Origin: Gammaproteobacteria bacterium | Lineage (GTDB): Bacteria > Pseudomonadota > Gammaproteobacteria > UBA6002 | Assembly: GCA_013697705.1 (NCBI GenBank) | Contig: JACCWJ010000004.1 | Coordinates: forward strand, 30,938-94,937 | Reading direction: 5' to 3' | Length of the DNA: 64,000 nt | Shown here: piece by piece, positions 45,893 through 55,022 of the stretch | Layout: each line of letters begins with the position of its first letter | Numbering within the stretch: position 1 is the first letter of the stretch | The notes under the pieces: model-generated | The model's database searches: none | What the model was told of the DNA's origin: nothing | Seen by the model: the letters and a program-made list of their open reading frames with translations, nothing else | Program-made: the position numbers and the translations under genes

Positions 45893-45962
45893 AGGGCCTC
45901 CCTAGGAAACTCGGTTACTCAACTGCTATTATCAAATAGTTAGGATAATAAGTGAGAGCCAG

Positions 45963-46967
45963 TTGAAAGTTATCTTTTTTACGATGTTACTTTTCCTGCT
46001 AGGAAGTTGCTCGGACTATGAAGGTCAGCCTTTACAAGGCTATGTAGAGGGTGAATATACCTTGATGGCATCGACTGTTTCAGGAAAGTTATTCAAATTA
46101 CATGTAGAACGGGGGCAATCTGTTAAGGCAGATCAACGGTTGTTTGATTTAGATCCTGAACCTGAATCCTCCGCATTTAAAAAAGCAAAATCCAATCTTG
46201 ATGCAGAAAAATCTAAGCTAAGAGACTACATGTCGGGCGAGCGCTCCACCGTATTGGGGGGCATTATTGCGCAACGGGAGCAAGCACAAGCTGATCTTGA
46301 GTTAGCTAAAAGCAATTTCAGTCGTACTGAACAGCTCTACCAGAAAGCAGTAGTTAGCAAATCTGACTATGATGATGCACTGGCAAAACTTAAATCCACC
46401 CAACAAAAAGTGACACAGTTTGAAGAGAATCTTAAAGAAGCAGAGTTGGGAGAACGACAATATCGAATATTAGAGCAAGCTGAACAAGTACGGGCTGCAG
46501 AGGCTACGTTACAAGAAGCAAAATGGCGACTAGAACAAAAAACAATTACAGCCCCGGAAGCAAGCCTTGTATTTGACACGTTATTTAATGAGGGAGAACA
46601 AGTTGCTGCGAACCAGGCAGTTGTTTCATTATTGGCACCTCGTTACATCCGTTTAATATTTTATGTCCCAGAGCCTATTCGCTCCAAACTTGCGCTCAAT
46701 GCACGGGTCGAGTTCGATTGTGATGGGTGTAACCAAAGATTTACGGCTTATATTAATTATATTTCGCCTGAAGCAGAGTACACCCCCCCTGTTATTTTTA
46801 GCCGCGAAAGCAGAATTAAATTAGTGTACCGTGTTCAAGCAAAGTTGCCCCTTGGGGTAGCGGCCAAAGTGACTCCTGGTCAGCCAGTGGATGTTTACAT
46901 TCCCCTGCAGACACATAAAAGAAAATATTTTTTCGGAATTAATTTATGGCAACTCATGAAAAAATAA
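45963..46967 (+). CDS. HlyD-family membrane fusion (periplasmic adaptor) protein of ABC-type efflux system, possible lipoprotein
   Basis: 334 aa, N-terminal signal with LLGSC, long coiled-coil region, C-terminal beta-barrel/lipoyl-like segments; TTG start at 45963 (ATG at 45984 alternative). Confidence 0.75.
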   Translation: MKVIFFTMLLFLLGSCSDYEGQPLQGYVEGEYTLMASTVSGKLFKLHVERGQSVKADQRLFDLDPEPESSAFKKAKSNLDAEKSKLRDYMSGERSTVLGGIIAQREQAQADLELAKSNFSRTEQLYQKAVVSKSDYDDALAKLKSTQQKVTQFEENLKEAELGERQYRILEQAEQVRAAEATLQEAKWRLEQKTITAPEASLVFDTLFNEGEQVAANQAVVSLLAPRYIRLIFYVPEPIRSKLALNARVEFDCDGCNQRFTAYINYISPEAEYTPPVIFSRESRIKLVYRVQAKLPLGVAAKVTPGQPVDVYIPLQTHKRKYFFGINLWQLMKK

Positions 46968-47890
46968 TTGATGTGCAAGGCCTGAAAAAAAATTTTCAGG
47001 GGAAGACTGCGGTGAATGACGTTTCATTACAAGTTAATAAAGGCGAGATTTTTGGATTTCTGGGGCCTAATGGTAGCGGTAAAACTACCACCATTCGAAT
47101 GTTATGTGGTTTATTAATCCCGGATGGAGGCAGTGGCACTTGTCTGGGGTATGACATCATTACTGAAGCACATAAAATCAAACAGCAAGTCGGCTATATG
47201 GCTCAAAAATTTAGCCTGTATGATGATTTAACCATTTATGAAAATTTAGAATTTATCGCCAACATTTATGGTATGAAGGATGTTAAAGAGCGGGTAAAGG
47301 AGGCGATAGATGAATTAGGTTTAGCTGAAAGACAAAACCAGTTGGCTGGGCAGTTGTCTGGCGGTTGGAAACAACGTTTAGCCTTAACCGCGGCATTATT
47401 ACATAATCCAAAACTGTTGCTGCTCGATGAACCCACCGCAGGTGTTGATCCCAAAGCGCGACGGGATTTTTGGGATCAAGTGCATTATCTGGCAACAAAA
47501 GGAATAACCACCTTAGTTAGCACGCATTATATGGATGAAGCTGAGCGATGTAATCGTCTCACCTATATTATGAAAGGAAATGTGTTGGTAAGAGGCACAG
47601 CGAATGAAATTATCCAAAAATCAAAGATTATAACGTGGCAAGTTACCGGTGAAAATTTACCTTCCTTAGCCCAACACATACAAAAAGAAAGTGGTATTGA
47701 GCAAGTCATTTCATATGGTCAGTCACTGCATGTTTCAAGTAGATCTGAAGCTGCATTAGTAAACGTCGCCGAAAAATATTCTAAAGATAATCTATGGCAA
47801 CCCATGCCCACAAGTCTCGAAGATGTCTTCATAAATTTGGTGAGTAATGAAACAATAACTTTTCCGCTGGGGCCCGAAGTGGAAACGTGA
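46946..47890 (+). CDS. ABC transporter ATP-binding protein (ABC-2/YbhF-like exporter ATPase)
   Basis: Walker A GPNGSGKTT, signature LSGGWKQRLAL, Walker B LLLDEPTAGVD; 314 aa. Confidence 0.88.
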   Translation: MATHEKIIDVQGLKKNFQGKTAVNDVSLQVNKGEIFGFLGPNGSGKTTTIRMLCGLLIPDGGSGTCLGYDIITEAHKIKQQVGYMAQKFSLYDDLTIYENLEFIANIYGMKDVKERVKEAIDELGLAERQNQLAGQLSGGWKQRLALTAALLHNPKLLLLDEPTAGVDPKARRDFWDQVHYLATKGITTLVSTHYMDEAERCNRLTYIMKGNVLVRGTANEIIQKSKIITWQVTGENLPSLAQHIQKESGIEQVISYGQSLHVSSRSEAALVNVAEKYSKDNLWQPMPTSLEDVFINLVSNETITFPLGPEVET

Positions 47891-48031
47891 TTTTAATAGT
47901 TACCAGAAAGGTTTGGTTATTGACGAGTTTAAGTTGGGATCTACTCGCAGCACCCAAAGAGATTCGTTGGCTATCAGGCCAAAAGTGGACGGGGCGAGTA
48001 GTTACGCCATCAACATGGAAGTTAGTTTTGT

Positions 48032-49162
48032 ATGAAATTTTCGTCACGTCGGCTTTTGGCCATAATAAGAAAAGAATTTATCCAGATGAAAAGGGATCGG
48101 CTTACCTTCGCCATGCTGATCGGCGTCCCAATTATGCAACTCATTTTGTTTGGGTTTGCGATCAACACTAATCCTAAAAACCTGCCAACAGCAGTGCTCT
48201 CAAACGACAACAGTATTTATACTCGCGCATTCTTGGCAGGTTTAAAAAATACTGAATATTTTCGTATTGTAAAAGAAGCAAAAAATGAACAAGAAGCCCG
48301 AGATTTGCTCGCTAAAGGGGATGCACTCTTTGTGATCAATATTCCGAGTGATTTTACTCGACGTTTCCTAAGAGGCGAGCGTCCCAATATTTTAGTAGAG
48401 ATGGACGCAACTGACCCTGTCGCAACGGGAAGCGCGAGTGCTGCTGTGAATGTATTAACTCAATCTGTCTATAACAGCGTTTTGCGGGGAAGCTTGGCGA
48501 ATTTGCAAAATCAACCGGGGCCTGCAGGCGTGATCATTCATGCAAAATATAATCCGGAGAATATCACTCAATATAATATTGTCCCCGGATTATTAGGCGT
48601 GGTGTTGACTATGACCATGGTGCTTATTACCAGTCTTGCCATCACTCGCGAAAGAGAGCGTGGTACGATGGAAAATCTATTAGCCACACCTGTCCAGCCA
48701 CTTGAAGTGATGTTAGGCAAAATAACGCCTTACATTATGGTGGGATATATCCAAATTACCTTAATTTTGGCAGCCTCATATTTTTTATTCAAGGTGCCAA
48801 TTGAAGGCAGTATAGCGTTATTATATTTATCTGCTTTACCTTTTATTGCTGCAAATCTTTCCATAGGTTTAACCTTTTCCAGTCTTGCTAGAAATCAACT
48901 TCAAGCTATGCAGATGGCCTTTTTCTTTTTCCTGCCTTCTATTTTATTGTCTGGCTTCATCTTCCCTTTCACCGGCATGCCTACTTGGGCGCAGTGGGTG
49001 GGAAGTGCATTACCGCTGACCTATTTTGTTCGAGTGGTGCGCGGTATTATTCTAAAAGGTAATGGTATATCTGAAATCTGGCCGAATGTGTGGCCAATTA
49101 TATTATTCACTATCGTTGTGCTTTTTTGGGGTGTTAAACGTTATCACAGGACACTTGATTAG
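48032..49162 (+). CDS. ABC-2 type transporter permease (YbhS/YhhJ-like)
   Basis: 376 aa; N-terminal RRLLAIIRKEFIQMKRDRLTF cytoplasmic segment, large periplasmic loop then 5 C-terminal TM helices typical of ABC-2 permeases. Confidence 0.82.
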   Translation: MKFSSRRLLAIIRKEFIQMKRDRLTFAMLIGVPIMQLILFGFAINTNPKNLPTAVLSNDNSIYTRAFLAGLKNTEYFRIVKEAKNEQEARDLLAKGDALFVINIPSDFTRRFLRGERPNILVEMDATDPVATGSASAAVNVLTQSVYNSVLRGSLANLQNQPGPAGVIIHAKYNPENITQYNIVPGLLGVVLTMTMVLITSLAITRERERGTMENLLATPVQPLEVMLGKITPYIMVGYIQITLILAASYFLFKVPIEGSIALLYLSALPFIAANLSIGLTFSSLARNQLQAMQMAFFFFLPSILLSGFIFPFTGMPTWAQWVGSALPLTYFVRVVRGIILKGNGISEIWPNVWPIILFTIVVLFWGVKRYHRTLD

Positions 49163-49164
49163 CG

Positions 49165-49213
49165 CAGAAGAGAGTTTCCTTCTAAGGCAGTGAACAAAAC
49201 TCTTTTCTTATTC
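49165..49213 (+). terminator. Probable rho-independent terminator after ABC-2 permease (agaagagagttt...aaactcttttct, then ttttcttatt)
   Basis: 11-bp stem with one mismatch and internal mini-stem, followed by T-rich run. Confidence 0.45.
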
Positions 49214-49275
49214 GACGCTTGGATAAAATTTCGCTAAGATAGGTCTACTCTGCTTTACTCCCATGAAGAAAAAAA

Positions 49276-49884
49276 ATGAAAAGACCACATTACAATAACG
49301 CTACATTCTTGCTTAGTTCTCCAACCCTTGCAGAACTCCCTCCTGATGAGGGCACAGAAGTGGCTTTCATCGGTCGATCAAATGCAGGTAAATCAAGTGC
49401 ATTGAATACTATTACTGGCCTTAAAGCATTGGCTAGGACCAGTAAAACACCGGGTCGAACTCAGATGATTAATTTATTTAAATTAGATGATCATCGGCGT
49501 CTTGTTGATTTGCCAGGCTATGGTTATGCAAAAGTACCTTTAGGTGTTAAGCAACGGTGGCAAAGAACGATTAATGATTATCTGCAAACCCGACAATGTC
49601 TCAAAGGACTCGTTCTCATTATGGATGTTCGCCATCCTCTGAAAGAGAATGATAAACACTGTATCGCTTGGGCTGCGCTATCGAATCTACCGATTCATAT
49701 TCTTTTGACTAAAGCCGACAAACTTAGTCGAGGCGCAGCTATTAATACGCTTATTGAGGTACGTAAGGCTTTAGAGACGACGAACGGCGTCACGGTGCAA
49801 CTCTTTTCTTCCTTGAATAAAACAGGTTTAGAAGAGGCGCTCATGCAACTAGACAGTTGGTTTGAGGCAAAAGTTATAGATTAA
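49276..49884 (+). CDS. engB: Ribosome biogenesis GTP-binding protein YihA/EngB
   Basis: G1 [10 protein letters not shown]3 DLPGYG, G4 TKADK; 202 aa. Confidence 0.9.
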   Translation: MKRPHYNNATFLLSSPTLAELPPDEGTEVAFIGRSNAGKSSALNTITGLKALARTSKTPGRTQMINLFKLDDHRRLVDLPGYGYAKVPLGVKQRWQRTINDYLQTRQCLKGLVLIMDVRHPLKENDKHCIAWAALSNLPIHILLTKADKLSRGAAINTLIEVRKALETTNGVTVQLFSSLNKTGLEEALMQLDSWFEAKVID

Positions 49885-49906
49885 AAAAATTTAATGGGGC
49901 GGTGTA

Positions 49907-51649
49907 GTGTCATTTTCACCAAAAAAAACATTCGCAAAAATTGATATGACTGCACTGCCCTATCCTAATTATTGGGATCTCGCCGCCATCTTATTGGTGT
50001 TAAGCGTTATTGTCTTAATTGCTTGGGGTGTTAGAGAAATGGGCCTACCCTATCAGGTAGGTGAAACCATTCCCATTTCGTTAGATCCTTGGAACTTGCC
50101 TTACTATGCTTTACGCTCCGTGTTGCGCATGTTGATTGCCATGGTTTTTTCCCTAGGATTTACTTTCATTTTTGGCACATTAGCGGCTAAGAATAAACAT
50201 GCAGAACGTTTAATCGTTCCATTAATAGACGTGTTGCAATCAGTTCCTGTCTTGGCATTCCTCTCTATTACCATTGTTGGTTTTATCGCACTTTTCCCTG
50301 GAAGCATGTTGGGACCGGAATGTGCAGCTATTTTTGCAATCTTTACTTCTCAAGCTTGGAATATTGCGTTGAGTTTTTACCAAAGTCTGAGAACAGTGCC
50401 GCACGATCTGCGTGAAGCCGCATCCATGTTTCATCTCTCTTTTTGGCAAGGTTTTTGGCGCGTCGATGTGCCGTTTGCTATGCCTGGTTTGCTGTGGAAT
50501 ATTATGGTCTCCATGTCCGCTAGCTGGTTTTTTGTGGTTGCCGCCGAGTCTATAACTGTCGCTAATCGAAATATCATGTTGCCTGGAATAGGTTCCTATA
50601 TTTCTCTTGCTGTCATGAAAGCTGATGCACCCAGTGTCCTCTATGCCATCGTGGCCATGTTGATTGTGATTTTGCTTTATGATCAATTGCTATTTAGACC
50701 GCTGAGTAATTGGGCGAATCGCTTCAAGTTTGAACAAGACATGGAGTATTCGGGAGGCAGAGCGTGGCTAGTCAATTTGTTCGAGCATACCCGATTGATG
50801 CGGCGTACCAGTGTTTTAGCCGGAAAGTTTTGGAGCATTTTTGTTAATTTACGTCTGTACAGAAACAATACGTCGACGGTCTCGGCTCATAAAGGTATTT
50901 GGCACCGGTGGATAATTGCAACATGGTACATTTTGCTGTCAGCGATGTTAGGAGTAGCTTGCTATATTCTCATACATTTCGTATTTCAGTATGTGTCTTG
51001 GCGCGAGAGTGTCTATGTGATTTATCTCGGCTTGTTAACCGGTATTCGGGTAATGGTTCTCATTGCAATATGTTCCATCATCTGGGTTCCAGTTGGCGTA
51101 TGGATTGGACTTAGACCAAAATTTGTCGATATTTTCCAACCTATTATCCAGATCTTAGCCGCCTTCCCAGCCAATTTATTCTTTCCAGTCGTCGTGATGC
51201 TTATCGTTACCTATCACCTAAACGTAGAAATATGGACCTCGCCTTTAATGGTTCTTGGAACCCAGTGGTATATCCTGTTTAATGTTATAGCTGGCGCAAG
51301 TGCGTTACCCAAAGAAATGCAACAAGTGGCTAGTAATTTCAATGTCACGGGTTGGCTCTGGTGGAAAAGAATAATTTTACCGGGCATCTTTCCCTATTAT
51401 GTGACTGGTGCGGTGACTGCAGCAGGCGGTGCGTGGAATGCAAGTATTATCGCCGAAGCCGTAAATTGGGGGCATACTAAATTATTGGCCACGGGTTTAG
51501 GGGCATATATTACCGAACAAGCAACGAAAGGTGATTTTCCGCGCCTTGCTCTGGGCACCGCCGTGATGTGTTTATTTGTAATATTTATTAACCGGGTACT
51601 CTGGAAGCCTTTGTATAATGTTGCTGAACAACGATGTAGCCTAGAATAA
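49907..51649 (+). CDS. ABC transporter permease, NitT/TauT (nitrate/sulfonate/bicarbonate) family, fused tandem duplication of two 6-TM permease domains
   Basis: 580 aa; two EAA-loop-containing permease repeats (LREAASMFHLSFWQGFWRVDVPFAMP and EMQQVASNFNVTGWLWWKRIILPGIFP); GTG start, ATG at 49946 alternative. Confidence 0.8.
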   Translation: MSFSPKKTFAKIDMTALPYPNYWDLAAILLVLSVIVLIAWGVREMGLPYQVGETIPISLDPWNLPYYALRSVLRMLIAMVFSLGFTFIFGTLAAKNKHAERLIVPLIDVLQSVPVLAFLSITIVGFIALFPGSMLGPECAAIFAIFTSQAWNIALSFYQSLRTVPHDLREAASMFHLSFWQGFWRVDVPFAMPGLLWNIMVSMSASWFFVVAAESITVANRNIMLPGIGSYISLAVMKADAPSVLYAIVAMLIVILLYDQLLFRPLSNWANRFKFEQDMEYSGGRAWLVNLFEHTRLMRRTSVLAGKFWSIFVNLRLYRNNTSTVSAHKGIWHRWIIATWYILLSAMLGVACYILIHFVFQYVSWRESVYVIYLGLLTGIRVMVLIAICSIIWVPVGVWIGLRPKFVDIFQPIIQILAAFPANLFFPVVVMLIVTYHLNVEIWTSPLMVLGTQWYILFNVIAGASALPKEMQQVASNFNVTGWLWWKRIILPGIFPYYVTGAVTAAGGAWNASIIAEAVNWGHTKLLATGLGAYITEQATKGDFPRLALGTAVMCLFVIFINRVLWKPLYNVAEQRCSLE

Positions 51650-51665
51650 GTTATTAGGGACCATA

Positions 51666-52985
51666 ATGGTTGATATTGTTACTGACATTAAAAAAAACCT
51701 TATTGAAACAGTGGGGGTAAAAAAGTCATTTAGAAAAAGCGATCACCAAGAGTTGCTTGTTCTTGAAGACGTTAATTTCATTCTACAAGAAAATGAAATC
51801 GTTGCATTGCTGGGTAAATCCGGGTCTGGAAAATCTACTTTACTGCGTATTATTGCGGGTTTAATTCCTCCAACGTCTGGTGATGTAGTTTATGCCGGTA
51901 AACCCGTGAAGGGTCCTGTAAAGGGGATGGCCATGGTATTTCAAAGTTTTGCTTTATTGCCGTGGCTAACCGTACTCCAGAATGTTGAGTTAGGTTTAGA
52001 AGCGCAAGGGGTCGCAAAAGCAAAAAGACGGGCGCGGGCTATTGAAGCTATTGATATCATTGGATTGGATGGCTTTGAGTCAGCCTACCCCAAAGAATTA
52101 TCAGGCGGAATGCGCCAACGTGTTGGCTTTGCAAGAGCCTTGGTCGTAAATCCAACAGTTCTCTTAATGGACGAACCTTTTTCTGCATTGGATGTATTAA
52201 CCACAGATAACTTACGCAGCGATCTAGTGGATCTTTGGACCGAGAAGAAAACCAATATTAAGGGAATTATCTGTGTCACTCATGATATTGAAGAAGCAGC
52301 AATTTTAGCTGATCGGATACTCATTTTTGGCGCTAATCCAGGCTATATTAAGGACGAATTACAAGTCGATTTACCCCATCCTCGCAACGATCAAGATCCA
52401 AAGTTTAGAAAGTTAGTCGATGATATTTATACCTTAATGACCACGCCTTCAGCTGATCGTGTCAGTGTAGCGGGGGTCCGATACAAAACTATTGGCCTTG
52501 GGTATCGGTTACCCGATGTGGAAATCTCTGAGTTGACCGGTTTTTTAGAGGCATTAGACTCTCCGGATTATAAAGATAAGGTCGATCTCCCCGAGTTAGC
52601 CGAAGATTTGCAATTGAATGTAGATGATTTATTTCATATCATCGAAGCCCTTGAAATAATGCGTTTTGCCTATGTTTCAAAGGGAGATATCGAATTAACT
52701 GGCGCTGGAAAATTATTTGCCAAGGCGGATATTCTCCGCCGCAAACAGATTTTTGCGGCCCATCTATTAAGTTACGTTCCACTAGCCCGCCATATTCGAA
52801 GGGTGCTCGACGAGCGACCGGGACATGTCGCTTCAGAAGACAGATTTCTAAGAGAGTTAGAAGACTACCTGAGCGAGGAAGCGGCAGAAGAGGTATTAAA
52901 GATTGTCATCGAGTGGGGTCGTTATGCTGAAATTTTTGCTTACGATTACAACACAGGTATGCTTAGTCTTGAAAACCCAGAATAA
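51666..52985 (+). CDS. ABC transporter ATP-binding protein, NitT/TauT family, with ~190-aa C-terminal AAA-associated-type extension
   Basis: Walker A GKSGSGKST, signature LSGGMRQRVGFARAL, Walker B LLMDEPFSALD; 439 aa vs ~255 for SsuB/TauB. Confidence 0.85.
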   Translation: MVDIVTDIKKNLIETVGVKKSFRKSDHQELLVLEDVNFILQENEIVALLGKSGSGKSTLLRIIAGLIPPTSGDVVYAGKPVKGPVKGMAMVFQSFALLPWLTVLQNVELGLEAQGVAKAKRRARAIEAIDIIGLDGFESAYPKELSGGMRQRVGFARALVVNPTVLLMDEPFSALDVLTTDNLRSDLVDLWTEKKTNIKGIICVTHDIEEAAILADRILIFGANPGYIKDELQVDLPHPRNDQDPKFRKLVDDIYTLMTTPSADRVSVAGVRYKTIGLGYRLPDVEISELTGFLEALDSPDYKDKVDLPELAEDLQLNVDDLFHIIEALEIMRFAYVSKGDIELTGAGKLFAKADILRRKQIFAAHLLSYVPLARHIRRVLDERPGHVASEDRFLRELEDYLSEEAAEEVLKIVIEWGRYAEIFAYDYNTGMLSLENPE

Positions 52986-53006
52986 GGATATTAATTCTAC
53001 CATTGA

Positions 53007-53888
53007 GTGATTGAAATGTTGCAAACGCTAAATCTTTTAAATTGGGATGAACCTGTTTCTCAGGAGACACAACAGTTTGCTTTAACTGCCCTGGAGTCAG
53101 GGGAGGTAATGTATTTGCCTGAGTTATCTTTCAGACTGTTTCCTCAAGAAAAAGTTTTTTTGTCTCATCACTATGCTAGTCCAAAAACTAAAAATGTTAG
53201 TTTTGATTGGAATCACTCGATGCTTCAAGGGGCAGTTTGTACCAAAACTGAATCGATACAGCTCACTCAGATGCTCAACCGTTATGCCACTTATACCAAG
53301 CAATTGTTGACCAATTTATTTCCTCTCTATCAAGACGAGGTTGAACAAGGGCGTACCAGTTTTCGTCCTGTTGAAATAATGGGCAGAGTAAGTCCTTCCT
53401 ATCGTAAAGATGATACAAGGCTTCACGTCGATGCTTTTCCTTCCACTCCCACTCAAGGAAAACGAATCTTGCGTGTTTTCACTAATGTGAATCCAGCGCA
53501 TCCACGAGTCTGGCGAATTGGTGCCCCTTTTAATAAAGTAATTGAATATTTCTACCCGAAGTTGCGAGCACCGGTGGTGGGTGCTGCCACGATGTTAAAT
53601 GCTTTAAAAATAACGAAGCAGAAACGGACCCCTTATGATCATTACATGTTACAGCTGCACAACGCAATGAAGGCTGATATGGAGTATCAAGAACAGGTGC
53701 CCCAAACTCAGCAACTTTTTCAGCCAGGTAGTTCCTGGATTGTATATACCGATCAAGTGTCTCACGCTGCAATGGCAGGCCAATTTACCTTCGAGCAAAC
53801 TTTTTATGTGCCCCCTCATGCCCTCGACGAGATAGAGAAATCTCCCTGTAAAATTCTTGAGAAATTTTTGCGAAAACCTTTGTTGTAA
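53007..53888 (+). CDS. Fe(II)/2-oxoglutarate-dependent dioxygenase, KdoO (Kdo 3-hydroxylase)-like
   Basis: 293 aa, size and HxD (LHVDAF) ... distal His arrangement consistent with KdoO family as I recall it; no paralog context. Confidence 0.45.
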   Translation: MIEMLQTLNLLNWDEPVSQETQQFALTALESGEVMYLPELSFRLFPQEKVFLSHHYASPKTKNVSFDWNHSMLQGAVCTKTESIQLTQMLNRYATYTKQLLTNLFPLYQDEVEQGRTSFRPVEIMGRVSPSYRKDDTRLHVDAFPSTPTQGKRILRVFTNVNPAHPRVWRIGAPFNKVIEYFYPKLRAPVVGAATMLNALKITKQKRTPYDHYMLQLHNAMKADMEYQEQVPQTQQLFQPGSSWIVYTDQVSHAAMAGQFTFEQTFYVPPHALDEIEKSPCKILEKFLRKPLL

Positions 53889-53971
53889 CTTCATCCTCAA
53901 TTCTCCTTAGCTTATTCGCGGGTGAGGGTAGGTTGCAGGGCGACGTGCTAGATGCTTAAGCCTTAACTGCA

Positions 53972-54985
53972 TTAAAAAGAATTGATACGCATCTTGCAGA
54001 TAAAAAAACCTGACATCATTGCATCTGGAATGATTCGGATTGCATTTTCCATTACGGGGGAGAAAAAATCATTCTTCCAACTTGATAACCCAGTTTGAAA
54101 GTTTGGAAAAGGAACAGTAATAGGCAGTATTTCTATGGCTTGCCCAAATTTATCTAATGCGTATTGTACAATTGCCTCATTTTCTTCGGGAGAAAATGAA
54201 CACGTACAGTAAACTAAAATTCCATTGGGCTTAACACATTGTATCGCTGAATAAATAAGCTGTTTTTGTTTGCGAGTCATTTCCGTAATTTTCTTTTCAT
54301 TCCAATACAAATAAGATTCGGGATTATTCAAGTCAAAGCGACCCTCTGAAGAACAGGGGGCATCCAGCAATACACGATCAAATCGCTTAGGAACTAAACG
54401 GCCAATTAAAGCACCGTCTTTGTGATAGGCTTGAACTATGTTAGCGCCCGCATTAGCAATGTTATTTTTTAAGCGGAAAAATCTATTTTTTACGGCTTCC
54501 ACTGCGGCAATCCTACCTTCGTTTTTCATCAAGGCAGCGAGGTGCAACGTTTTACCGCCTGGAGCTGCTGCTAAATCTAGCACTTCTTCACCGGGTTTTG
54601 GGCTTAATACTAAACTCGCGAATAAGCTAGAGGGATTCTGAATATAAAGCAGACCTGTTTGAAATTCTGTTGTTTCTGTGAGCATGCGCCTCTGGTCGTT
54701 CGCTACCGAATAACCCTCCTCACACCAACTAATAGGGTGCGTAATAATTTTTTGAGCATGCAATCGATCAATGAGTTCAGCAATCGAAATTTTAAGCGTA
54801 TTTACACGAAAGCAGGTTGTTTTTGTGGCTGCTAAAAAATGTAGATACTGTTCATAATTCTCAGGGGAGAGGATGTTTTGCAGACGCTGCATGAATAGGG
54901 GCGGCAGGCCCGGGAGATCTGGGTAATCTGATTTCATAATTCTTACTAAAAAATGTTGTATAATCGATGTTATTGAATTGGTCAA
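53972..54985 (-). CDS. rsmF: 16S rRNA m5C methyltransferase, RsmF (YebU)-like Sun-family paralog
   Basis: LDLAAAPGGKT SAM motif, DAPCSSEGRF, YCTCSFSPEENE catalytic Cys motifs; lacks NusB-like N domain of RsmB; 337 aa. Confidence 0.78.
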   Translation of the reverse strand: MTNSITSIIQHFLVRIMKSDYPDLPGLPPLFMQRLQNILSPENYEQYLHFLAATKTTCFRVNTLKISIAELIDRLHAQKIITHPISWCEEGYSVANDQRRMLTETTEFQTGLLYIQNPSSLFASLVLSPKPGEEVLDLAAAPGGKTLHLAALMKNEGRIAAVEAVKNRFFRLKNNIANAGANIVQAYHKDGALIGRLVPKRFDRVLLDAPCSSEGRFDLNNPESYLYWNEKKITEMTRKQKQLIYSAIQCVKPNGILVYCTCSFSPEENEAIVQYALDKFGQAIEILPITVPFPNFQTGLSSWKNDFFSPVMENAIRIIPDAMMSGFFICKMRINSF

Positions 54986-55022
54986 AGCGACTACATTGCT
55001 AGACTATTTTACAGGAGGTTAC

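Noticed and set aside
47887-48171. 94-aa ORF spanning the ATPase-permease gap
   Set aside because: Out of frame with and overlapping the well-supported ABC-2 permease N-terminus. No similarity to anything. Likely spurious.
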